Source: Gracilinanus agilis
Taxonomy: Eukaryota
Direction of reading: 5' to 3'
DNA: 64,000 bases
Assembly (NCBI RefSeq): GCF_016433145.1
Contig: NC_058133.1
Location: forward strand, 349,666,926 to 349,730,925
Shown: positions 25,256 through 36,255 of the stretch, piece after piece
Numbering within the stretch: position 1 is the stretch's first letter
How the letters are laid out: the number at the start of each line of letters is the position of its first letter
Translations under genes and position numbers: made by a program
Notes under the pieces: generated by a model
Database searches by the model: none
What the model was told of the DNA's origin: nothing
Seen by the model: only the letters and a program-made list of their open reading frames with translations

Positions 25256-25994
25256 TTGAAGGCATTAGAGGTATTGAGAGGAGGAAGAAAGTTTAATTCT
25301 CTTTGACAAGTAACTGTGATCATTGCAATATTGTGTTATAGGCTATGGAATTGAATCAAGGGCTACATTTGACCCTGTAATAAATGTATAATTTAAATGT
25401 CAAACCTGTTGTCAAAAGGACTTTCATTTCACATCCGTTACTGAAACAGGCAAGAGGCAAACTAGAAGAGAATTTTACAAAGCAAGTTCAAGACAACATT
25501 ATATACACTGTACACAGAAGTGCCAAGGAGACAAGGAACAAGAACAGTTTTATACAATAGATCTGTTTGTGGTTAAGCGCTATTATTCAGTAATCCACTC
25601 TGGAAGATATTCTTCATATATTTTGTTTGCGATTTTGACAGTAAGTGGCTGTCAAACCTTCATTAGCATAGAGAACAAAACAGCTAAGAGTAGTTTCTAG
25701 TGATTGTCACAAAGAATAAGTGCTTGTAGAATCAAAAATTATACTGATTTCTTCCATCTTTCCACAAAGTAAGAAGGGAACTATTCATCCAGAGTATTTC
25801 AAAATAAATAAATGTCTACAAAAACCTGTGATTTTTACCACCTGGTATAATCTACTAAATTACTCTTTCTGATTTCTCATATGCCACCAGATTTCCAGTT
25901 GTATCATTTTCAGATTCCACTCTCCACAGCAAGTCTCAGGGATTCATTAGAGTTTTTGTTCAGTTATTTTTCAGTAGTGCTAGACTCCTTATGA

Positions 25995-26165
25995 TCTTGT
26001 TTGAGGTTTCCTTGGCAAAGATACCTGAGTAGTTTGTCATTTCGTTGTCTAGCTCATTTTATAGACAAGAATATTGAAGCAAACAGAGTCACAGCTAGAA
26101 AGTATTTAAGGTCAAATTTGAACCCAGAACATCCCATCTTTAGGTCTGTTTCAATGACCATCCAG
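25995..26165 (-). mobile_element. MAR1-type SINE
   Basis: 'tttccttggcaaagatac...ctcattttatag...gtcacagctag...gtcaaatttgaaccca'. Confidence 0.7.
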
Positions 26166-26175
26166 ATGTCTCTGC

Positions 26176-26213
26176 TTGTTTTTTGTTTGTTTGTTTGTTT
26201 GTTTGTTTGTTTT
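26176..26213. repeat. (TTTG)n microsatellite
   Basis: Direct reading. Confidence 0.93.
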
Positions 26214-26497
26214 TAAGATGGCTTGAAAAAAGCAACAATGAAGAACTGAAAGTATATTTTCTCTACCTCCAAAGAGAGTAAGAGAACCCTCCACCAGAGT
26301 TAAATGTCTCCATCTGAGGTTAAAATGCTAGATAAGCATTTTTATCTAATTTCATTTAACAGATTCCATTGTCTTCATTGTCATGGTTAAGAAATTCTTT
26401 TCAATGGCAAACTTAAGTCCTCCAAATGCAACTTATACATTTATTTTTAAAACTATTTTTTCTACTCATTCTATACCTTCCTCAATTTTCCTTTTTT

Positions 26498-26689
26498 TTT
26501 TTATATATATTTTTAAACCCTTAACTTCTGTGTATTAGTTCCTTGGTGGAAGAGTGGTAAGGGTAGGCAATGGGGGTCAAGTGACTTGCCCAGGGTCACA
26601 CAGCTGAGAAGTGTCTGAGGCCAGATTTGAACCTAGGACTTCCCGTCTCTAGGTCTGGCTCTCAATCCACTGAGCTACCGAGCTGCCCC
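26498..26689 (-). mobile_element. SINE1_Mdo-type SINE, full length
   Basis: Reverse-complement consensus. TSD TCAATTTTCCTTTTTT at 26482 and 26691. Confidence 0.93.
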
Positions 26690-26821
26690 ATCAATTTTCC
26701 TTTTTTAAGTAATAAGACATTTCCCTAAGGAGAACATATTGATTTTTAACTAATTTGTTTTCCCTGAATATTATTCAATTTCTCTCTACTAGTCCTAAAG
26801 TATCAGAGTTCTCTAATGAAT

Positions 26822-27110
26822 GGGACAACTAGGTGGCACAATGGTTAGATGATCAGGCCTAGAGTCAGGAAGACTCATCTTCAAGAATTCAAACCAAGCC
26901 TCAGATATTTATTAGCTGTGTGATCCTGGGCAATTCACTTAACCCTGTTTGCTTCAGAATTCTCATCTGTAAAATGAGCTAGACAATGAAATGACAAACT
27001 ACTCCAATTGCCTAGCCTTTACCATTCTTCTCTCTCGGAACTAATACTTCCCATTGATTCTAAGATGGAAGGTAAATGATTTTTAAAAATAAAATTTAAA
27101 TTAAAAAAAA
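26822..27110 (+). mobile_element. MAR1 SINE joined to a SINE1-type 3' tail
   Basis: MAR1 body to ~27005, then 'attgcctagcctttaccattctt...gattctaagatggaaggta' and an A-rich tail. Confidence 0.7.
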
Positions 27111-27470
27111 TCTCTTCCTTCTGGGTACTCTTGTCTCTTTGGGGTTTTGTAACACTGTCCTGAATTAGTTCTTGTAACACTGTCTTGAATTATTTTTCCT
27201 TCTATCCATTTGGCTGCTGTTTTATCTTCTTTGGTGGATCATCATCTATATTCTATTTTCTTACTGGTTGTGCTCCAAGGCTTTGTCTTGGACTCTTCTC
27301 TCTTAATTATCTATACTTTCTCTTTTAATGTTCTGATCAGAACCTATAGCTCAATTACCATCTCTGTGAAAACAACTTCTAGAATTTATATCTGGCCCTA
27401 GTTACTCTGGAGAGCTTTAGTTTTATATCATCAAATGCCTAATGGACATTTTGAAATGGATGTTCTATAG

Positions 27471-27694
27471 CAGGAATTCTTAAGATTTTTTTTTCATGTG
27501 TCATGGACCCATTTAAGCATCCTGTGAAGCCTATGGACTTCTTCACAGAATATTTTAAATAGTTGAAGATTATACTATAAGTTTCCATTATAGGTTAGTC
27601 AAAATAAAAAATGCAATTTTTCCCATTCTAGCTATCGCAAAATCTATTCTTCAGCCTCTAAGGGGATCTATGGACCCTGGGTAAAGAATTTCTG
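27471..27694 (+). mobile_element. hAT/Charlie4-like MITE with degenerate 8-bp TSD
   Basis: Ends CAGGAATTCTTAA...GTAAAGAATTTCTG. Flanks are TTCTATAG and TTTTATAA. Confidence 0.7.
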
Positions 27695-27894
27695 TTTTAT
27701 AATGATATTAAATACAATATTTAAGTAAAGAAACCCATTATCTTTTCCCCTAAGTTCATTCCTCTTCCTTAACTTCCCTGTATAGGATGAGTATATGACC
27801 ATTCTAGTCATTTAGCTATACTACTTCATTGTCATACTCAATACTTGCCTTTCCTTCATCCTGTTTATCTATTTAGTTTTCATTGTAGCCAATT

Positions 27895-28125
27895 AATTTG
27901 TCATTCTTTCCAGTCTAACTCACCAGGACCCATTTGGGATCTTCTTGGCAAAGATATTAGATACTAGAGTGGTTTGCTATTTCCTTCTCCAGGAGATTAA
28001 TTCAAGCAGAGGTTAACCAACTTGCCTGCGATCCCATAGCTTCTGACTATATGAAGCCGGATTTGAACCTAAATCTTCCTGACTCCTGGCCCAGTGCTCT
28101 TCCACTGAGCCATCTAGTTGCCATC
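27895..28125 (-). mobile_element. MAR1-type SINE
   Basis: 'cttcttggcaaagata...ggtttgctatttccttctcc...ggatttgaacct...tccactgagccatctag'. Confidence 0.75.
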
Positions 28126-28789
28126 ATCAGTTACACTTCCACTGTATCTCTAGTTTCTGTCTACTTTTTTCTATTCACTCCATCACCACCCTAATTCAAG
28201 CCTTTCTCTTTTATTTCTTTCATTGTGGCAGTAAGTAGTCTTATTGATATTCTTAACTGAAGTATCTATATTCTTCTATGACTTCTACCATGCAGCTACC
28301 AAAAACATTCCCATATCATTTCAGTGCTTACAGAACTCTAGTAGATAGCTTCTACTAGAGTTCTATAAGCATTGAAATGGTGGAGTTTGTATTTTTATTC
28401 CCAGAAACAAGTAGAAGCTACTAGAGTTCTGTACGCGTGGAAATGACATAGGAATGTTTATATGTATATTATTTTTCATCGTGTACCATATCATTTTTCT
28501 AATACTTTGTTATTCCTTCCTTACACATACCATTCTCTCTCTGATCTATAGGTATTTGCAAGTTTCTTTCCTGTGCTTAAAATGCATATTTTTCTCATGA
28601 CTACCTCTTAAAATGCTTTACTTCTTTCAAAATTAAACTTGACCACTTCTTACATGAGGTCCATCCAGTTCTATCCATCTCAGTTGTCACATCTAACCCC
28701 CATCTTCTGGCAAATATTTTGTTAACACACACACATATACAGCTTTTAAAACATATATATCTTTCAAATTTAATGTGGTTAGTTGTTCC

Positions 28790-30480
28790 AACACAGCTTT
28801 GCTTGTTTGGATCTCATTCTACATTTTCTTTTGTTCTCTTGTTTCCATTTTTAAATGATTCATCAATATTCTTTTCATTCTTTTTAGATATGATTATCAT
28901 TAACCCTACTTCTTTTCAAAACCCTCCTACTCAAAAAGAAACTAATAAACTTTAAAAAAACTCCTCACTTCGGGGGCAGCTGGGTAGCTCAGTGGATCGA
29001 GAGCCAGGCCTAGAGACGGGAGGTCCTAGGTTCAAATCCGGCCTCAGACACTTCCCAGCTGTGTGACCCTGGGCAAGTCACTTGACCCCCATTGCCTACC
29101 TTTACCACTCTTCCACCTATAAGTCAATACACAGAAGTTAAGGGTTTAAAATAAAAATTAAAAAAAAAAAACTCCTCACTTCTACCCTTTTCCCCTTTCT
29201 AGGAAGGCAGGTTGTACATAGGTTGCACATATACCTATTTTCCTCTTTATCATGTTATGAAATGTGACACATACTGCTTACACCAGAGAAAAATTCATGG
29301 GGGAAATAAAGCGAAGAATGGTATATTTTCACCTGCATTCGAACTCTGTCAATATGCATTCAAATTCTGTTTGCTTCTTCTATGTAGGTGGATATCCTTT
29401 CTCATTGTGAGTCCTTTTGAATTACTTTGGATCCTTGCCTTGTTGAAAATAATTGTCATTCACAGTTGATCATTATATATTATTGCTGTTACTGCATAGG
29501 ACATTCTCCTAGTTCTGCTCACTTTATTTTGCATCACTTCATGTAAGTGTTTCCAGGTTTTTTGTGTGAACATCTTATTTGTCATTTCTTATGGCACAAT
29601 AATATTTAATTTTATGTATGTACTACAACTTGTTCAGCTATTTCCCAAATGATAGACATCCCTTTAGTTTCCAGTTCTTTGCCACCACAAAAATAGCTGC
29701 TATAAGTATTTTAGAATATATAGTTTATTTTCATTTTACTTTGATCACCTTAGGAGATCAACCTGATCAAAAGGTATACATTGTTTTGTAACTCTGAATT
29801 TAATAATGGATTGTTTTCCAAAATGTTTGGATGATTTCCTAGTTTCACTGAAAATGTATGTGTCCTTATTTTTCCATATCCCTTCCAACATTTGTCATTT
29901 TGTCCTTTTATAATTTTAGCCAGTCAGTTGAGAGTGTGATAAAATCTCAAGAGTTGTTTTGATTTGCATTTCTCTAATTAATAGAAAATTTTTAATATAA
30001 TCATATATAGCTTTGATTTCTTCATGCAAAACCTCTCTATTCATTTCTTTTGACCATGTATCAATTGGGGAGTGGTTCATATTCTTAAATATTTGACAAA
30101 GGTCTCTATAAGTTTTTAATACAAGGCCTCTCTCTGAGAAATTGTTTATAAAGTTTCCCTCCTAACATTTCTTTCCTTCTAATCTTGGCTACATTTTAAT
30201 TTGTAGAAAACTTTTTCATTTAAGTCCTTCAAAATTATTTGTTTTACATTTCACAATGCTTTCTGTCTCTTGTTCATAAACTCTTCTCCTTTATATAAAT
30301 CTGATAGGTATTATGTTCTCTCTTCTTCTAATTTATTTTTAATATATCCCTTTATATTCAAGTCTTTTATCCATTTTGATCTTATCTTGCTAAATGGTGT
30401 AAGATATTGGTCTATATCCAATTTCTGCCAACCTGCTTTTCAGTTTTCCCAATAATTTTTTACCAAACAATGAATTCTTT
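28790..30480 (-). mobile_element. L1 3' UTR/ORF2-end fragment
   Basis: Long antisense L1 text ('ccagttctttgccaccacaaaaatagctgctat...tttgcatttctcta...ccattttgatcttatcttg...cagttttccc'). Confidence 0.85.
28972..29164 (+). mobile_element. Young SINE1_Mdo-type SINE nested in L1
   Basis: Near-consensus with 3 CpGs retained. 18-bp TSD AAAAAAACTCCTCACTTC at 28954-28971 and 29165-29182. Confidence 0.95.
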
Positions 30481-31261
30481 TTCCCAAACCCTGACTTTGT
30501 ATATGTTGTTAAATTTACTTTTTCTGAGTACTTATTAGTTTCACTCCCAAACGAATATTGTTACTTGAAGGCAGGAGCATTATAATTATTTTTTTCTTTT
30601 GGGCATGGGAGATATTCATATTAAATGACAACATTCCATTTTATTTTCTTTAAATAGTGAAGCTATTTTGTCATTTCCTTCTTATAGCTATCAGATAATT
30701 TCAAGGGTCTACCTTGTGTCTCTGTGATATTTATCTTTTATTTTCCACCTTCCATTTTTCTCATTCAACTACTATTTACATATTGTTATCTAGAATTTCT
30801 CCCAAGGCAGAATATTAAATCTTGAGGGAATATAGTTAATGTGCATATTCTGTGAACATCTTTAAATTTCTTATCTCCTTAGAGAAAGATTCTTTTTAAG
30901 AACATAAAGCATTTTGAAAGGAATAAAAAACATTGCCAAGCCTTTGCAATATTCTTGAAGCTTAAATATTTAGAAATATCATTTAGGTATTTTTCAGGAT
31001 GACTTAATCTTTTCTATCAACTCTTCTCCTAATCCTTCTGTCTAAAGTATAGACCCTTTAAGGTTTCCATTTGGAGGAAACTAATCCCATGATTGAACAT
31101 CGAAGTTTAAAAAATTAATTTTTTTTATTTCTTATAATAAAAATGTACAAAAATTGAGTGACCTGCTTTACAAATAAATGTATAACATTATTATTCAGTA
31201 AGTAGAACAAACAAAACATGTATTATTACTTAAGCTCTGTATGAGCCATTATTACTCTTGA

Positions 31262-31375
31262 AAAAGGGAGAAGACAAAGGAAAGGGGAAAAGAAAGGAAA
31301 ATGGAGGAAGGAGAAAGAAAAAGGAAAGGAAAAAAGAAAAGAAGGGTGAAGGCATAAGGAAGGTAAGGAGAGAGG
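31262..31375 (+). repeat. Polypurine (GA-rich) low-complexity tract
   Basis: Almost pure A/G run. Confidence 0.8.
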
Positions 31376-32247
31376 TTTAGTGATAATGTACTGTTACAAA
31401 TTTGAAATAAATGAAGTAACATTTATACATTCAACTTGATCATTATTTCTTTGGAATGTCTTTATTCTGTGGAATCAACTTTTATAAAGATGAATTTTCT
31501 TCACTTGATTATAAATTTAATAATATTAACCAAATAAATATTAATTTAGAATATAATAGGTTTTTAATATATTCCAGATGAATTTAGGGTTTTACTTATA
31601 TACATTGTAAATGTTTATGACATGTCTAATCTTCAAAGAGAATTGTTAAGAATCTCAAGTGTGAAAATAACTAAACTCTAAAATCCTTTTGATCCTTGAA
31701 TTATTAGTAGAAAAATTATTTTAAAAATTAAAAATATGAATATTTTAGTCTATTTTAGTTATAGTTTCTATTTACTAAAGTCAAAATATAATTTTTACAT
31801 TTACCTTGAGAACATCACAGGAACAAAATTGAAACAAAGATTTTATCAAGAAGGGTAACAATCTGCTCTTCTGATTCCTATTTTTTTCCTGAGAAATAAA
31901 GATTGTATCCCTTCTTCCTTATTCTCTCCTTTCTAAGTAAGAGACACTATTAACTAGTGGATAAATGTCTGACTTTGGAGTCAGGGAAGAGCTGAATTCA
32001 GGTCCCAATTTGGAATGTTACTATGTGGCCATGGGGACCTCACTTAACTTCTTTGTGTTCCATATCATTAAATATCTAAGAATATAGGTTCCAAAAACAT
32101 TTCCTAACATCAGTGGGCACACACACAGATTTATATACATAGATATATACATAGATATATAAAAAACAAAATTTTCCCTTGCCAGACTTGTTACTTATCA
32201 CTCCAAATCTAATTATGGTTCTTTACTACCCTGAGAGCATCTAAGAC

Positions 32248-32505
32248 TGCTGGGTCGTGCAGTGGATATAGTGCCAGGCTTGGAGTCAGGAAGACATCTT
32301 TCTGAGTTCAAATCTGTCCTCAGACACTTAGTAGCTGTGTGACTCTGGTCAAGTCATTTAACCCTATTTGGCTTAGTTTCCTCAACTGTAAAATGACCAG
32401 GAGAAGGAAATGGCAAACCACTGTAGTATCTTTGCCAAGAAAAACCCAAAGAGAATTTTGATGAGTTGGATACTTCTGAAAACAACTGAATGCCACTGAA
32501 CGAGT
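32248..32505 (+). mobile_element. MAR1-type SINE
   Basis: 'gtgcagtggatatagtgccaggcttggagtcaggaagac...gagaaggaaatggcaaaccactgtagtatctttgccaagaaaa'. Confidence 0.85.
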
Positions 32506-33269
32506 TGGAGGTTGGCATATCTCTTTCTACTGCCATCATCTCAAGCCTTTCACTGGTTATATTGGTTCCATTTTAGAGGCTTAGTGCCTACCCCTATTTC
32601 CCTTTAGACAGTTAACATCATTTTCCTTTTACAAAGGGATATTTCAAAGATGGAACTAGAACAAAAACACAAATATTCCCCCCAGACTTCAGCTGTACCA
32701 TCCCTTCTTACACCACCTTGGTTTCTGAGAAGGGGAAGAAAAAGAGGCTCAGAGTTTGTCTCAGTTGATATAAAGCATTATTTCTATCAAATTTAAGTTC
32801 ATTTCCCAACTAAGTGAGCACTTAGGATCATTGTTCTTCAGGGTTTTCCTGGTCAGCTGGCTATAATACTTGGCTGTGATTCTTGTACCCATAAACCCCA
32901 AGGCTTACTCTTTTAGTCCAGTCAAAATAAGGGTCTAAAGAAAAATTTATACGTTTCAGTTTAATTAAAAAAAAAAGAAAGAGACAAAGCAAAAATATAA
33001 AGAGACCTAATTAAAAGAGTTATTAATAGGGCAATAGGAATGACATGCACCTCTACTTATTCCTACATAGCTGATTTATTCTGCTAGGTCTCTTTATTCC
33101 TAGAGCTTTCATTCCATATGGTTCTGAGTGTTCAACATGGCAATATATATTAAAATTTGTTGTTAATATTTATGAGTGAATGTTATGCATAGGTGATTAT
33201 AGATGATAATTTTACCTGTTATAATGCTTTGATTCCAATATATTTCATATATTGAATTCTCAATCTCAT

Positions 33270-33452
33270 TTATTTATTTATTTATTCTTAAAACCCTTAC
33301 CTTCTATCTTAGAATCAATACCATGTATTGGCTCTGTGACAGAAGAGTGGTAAGAGCTGGGCAATGGGAGTTAAGTGACTTGCCCAGGGTCACACAGCTA
33401 GGAAGAGTCTCAGTCCAGATTTCAACCTAGGACCTCCCATTTCTAGCTGCCC
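33270..33452 (-). mobile_element. Older SINE1-type SINE with internal deletion near its head
   Basis: 'aaacccttaccttctatcttagaatcaata...aagtgacttgcccagggtcacacagc...ctgccccc'. Confidence 0.85.
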
Positions 33453-34671
33453 CCCCCCCCCAGTGTTATTTTGAGAAATGTATTTGTGGCATAAGAATTT
33501 ATGTTATATTGCATGCTATATATATATACATACATATATATATATGCTAATTCATATGCTAGTTTCTAGAGAATATTATACCTCTGGTCAATTATTTTGT
33601 CCAGGTGGGCATAGTTTTCTAGGTGTTCAACATTTGCTATTTTTTTTCAAGCTACACTGACAAAAATGTCTACTATTTCCTTTCAAGATCTATAAACAAC
33701 CAATACTCTTAGAAAGAAAAGGAGATGGCAGAAAGGGAGAAGGTAGAAGGTGGGATTGCTGGTTCCAAGGATTAGACAGTTTAATCTTTTGAATAATTCC
33801 AAACTGAAATCCAAAATGGGAGGATGACTTCATAGGTACATCAAATATGTATCAATGCTCCTATCTTTCCATAGCTCTTCTAGCACCGATTTCCATTTTT
33901 ATAATTTTTGCCAGTTTTCATAGAGTGACTTGAAACTTCAGAAAGTTTTTATAATTTGCGTTTCTCTTATGATTGATAATTTGAATTCTTTCATTTTATC
34001 ATTTTTATTTTGCAAAGAATTATTTGATAACGTTCAACAAAAAGTGTAGCTCTAAAGATTCTCCTGGGGAAAAAAAAGTCCCTTGTGTATCATCTCTGAG
34101 GGAATCTCTGATATCATTCATTGTAACAAGCAAATTCCAACTTAACTTTCCAGACTTATTATATATTGCTCTCTTTCCTAAACTCTGTAGTACATGCAAA
34201 CTTTTCTTCTTTCTAGTTCTTATATAAAACACTATATTTAACATCTCTGTTACTTTTCACTGATTCTTCATCATGCTTATGTTGTAATCCTTCCTTATCT
34301 CTGTCTCTTAAAGTTCCTTGTTTCTGTCAAAATTTGGAATTAAGTAACACATTTTCATGAAGGCTTTCCTGATCCCCACTCCCAGCTACCAATGTTTTCC
34401 TCTCTGAAATAACTTCTATTTGTTTGATAAATATTTTTATATTCTTGTATTTATAACATGTAAATATCATTTTCCCTAATACAGTGATGAGGACTTTAAT
34501 TTTTGTATTTGTATATCTAGTTTCTTGAGGCAGCATGGAGTAATTGATAGACAGCTAGTGTCAGAGATAGGAACATTTAGGTTTAAGTTCCACCTTAAGT
34601 TGCTCAACTTCTCTCATTTTCCATGACCTACTTTTCCACTCATAACAACAATCCTTTTAAACCTGATTCAT

Positions 34672-34905
34672 CTAGGTGGTGCAGTGGATCCAGTGCCAGG
34701 CTTAGAGTCAGGAAGACTCATCTTCCTGAGTTCAAATCTGGGTTAGATGCTGTGTGTGAACTTGGACAAGTCACTTTAACCCTGTTTGCCTCATTTTCTT
34801 CATCTGTATAATGAACTAGAGAAGGAAATGGTAAAGCACTCTAATCTCTTTGCCAAGAAAACCCCAAATAAGATCATGAAGAATTAGCTGTGACTAAACA
34901 ACAAC
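34672..34905 (+). mobile_element. MAR1-type SINE
   Basis: 'taggtggtgcagtggat...gagtcaggaagactcatcttcctgagttcaaatc...ctttgccaagaaaacccca'. Confidence 0.85.
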
Positions 34906-35954
34906 AATTACCCATCTCTGATACCTATTGGCTGTGTGACCATGGGCAAGTCATTTAAACTCTCAATGACCACCCCACCCCTGCCAAACTCTGTAAAACT
35001 CTATGTTTAAGATGAAGTGATGGGGTACTTTGGTGGAGAAAGCTCCTCATTGGGAGCTTCTCTTATTGGTGAAATCATAGGTCCGGTTCCTATCCTCTGT
35101 CTTTGGTGCAGGAATTGAAGAAGAAATGAAACCTACAGAATATTTAATGGACAAAAAAGAATTATTATCATTTTGATGTTTAAATATGACTTTTTGTGTG
35201 TTTCTTGATGTAACAACTAAAGATTGTGCATGTGTTTTTGAGTCTACTCTATGGAAATACAGAAACTATTCAACTCTTGCCAGTTGAATCATAGCTAAAT
35301 GAGAAGTCCATACTTTAAGGAATGGTACGTTGTATTGACAGGAGATGCTGTGGAAATACCTAAAAAGGAAAAGTGTTCCTTGTCCCCAAAAAGTTATGCT
35401 TTAAGAGATGGTATATTGTATTGTCAGTTAGGGGACAGACCCAAAAGGAAAAATGTTTTCTCCCCTGGTTATGCTTGTGTCAGATGGTTAGTTTGATCTT
35501 ATGTTCTTAAACAAAATGATGTTGTAATCTAAAGATGAACTAAAACTCTTTGGCTAAACCTGTATAGAAATATATTATTAAATGTTACTGCAATGCAAAA
35601 TAAACAGACCAAAAAAACCCTTAGCTTCCATCTTTGAATCAATACTATGGTACCTTTTACCTAATAGATACCTATTAGCTAATCAATGCTTGTTAAGTGA
35701 TAGTCCTTCAGAAGAGATCAAATTAGGTATCTAATCTACAAAAAATTGCATGAATAATTCATATTGCCAAAGTAGTGGTGTGCATGGGATGTATATAGTC
35801 CACTGAATTAGTCTAGTTATATGTGAATAGGGCTTTTGTATAAATAGTAGACTGGATGCAGAATTAAAGGGAAGAGAACTGAGATGAGACTGAGTGGTGG
35901 TTTTTGTTTGTTTTGTTTTGTTTATTTGTTTTTGTTTGTTTGTATTTTTGGTAA

Positions 35955-36255
35955 TCTACAGTCCTTTCAATGATCCCAAGCTATGTCTTGACTGAAAAGC
36001 CTATTAAAGAACCCAGTGATGCTTTATTCTGTAACCAGATGATCTCAGAAGAATTAGAATTATAGGCAGTCCAGAAGGCAATGGGAAGACGTCTCATGAG
36101 GACGAATATTAGGAATATAGTTGGTTCACAAGAAGCCATGTAAAAGACATAGTTGATGATGCATGTGAGGTAGCAAGGTGCAGCGGTGTCAGACTTAGGT
36201 AGGAATGAGACCCAGAAAACTGTGCAAAAGGATCCCCCCGGGCCACATATTGATT
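35955..36255 (+). mobile_element. Degenerate RTE-clade LINE ORF2 fragment
   Basis: 'tttcaatgatcccaagct...ccagtgatgctttat...atctcagaagaattagaatt...ccagaaggcaatgggaagacg' aligns by eye to the recalled RTE RT C-terminal peptide FNDPKL...PVMLY...ISEE...QRAMERR. It contains stops and frameshifts. Confidence 0.6.

Larger units (their letters stand above)
27190..28700 (+). mobile_element. L2 LINE ORF2/3' remnant, interrupted by a MITE, a MAR1 and a hairpin duplication
   Basis: 'gtgctccaaggctttgtcttggactcttctctc...tctatact' resembles the RT segment GVPQGSVLGPLLF. Later text 'aatgcctaatggacatt...ggatg' is typical of L2. Confidence 0.65.

Noticed and set aside
27147-27196. 25-bp tandem duplication, plus other small ones (12271-12300, 32125-32160, 55295-55330)
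   Set aside because: These are ordinary slippage products with no sign of function.
35299-35496. ORF with 'YALRDGILYC', reminiscent of Gypsy pol
   Set aside because: The nucleotide context reads as an antisense L2 3' end, and no flanking RNase H or integrase motifs are present.
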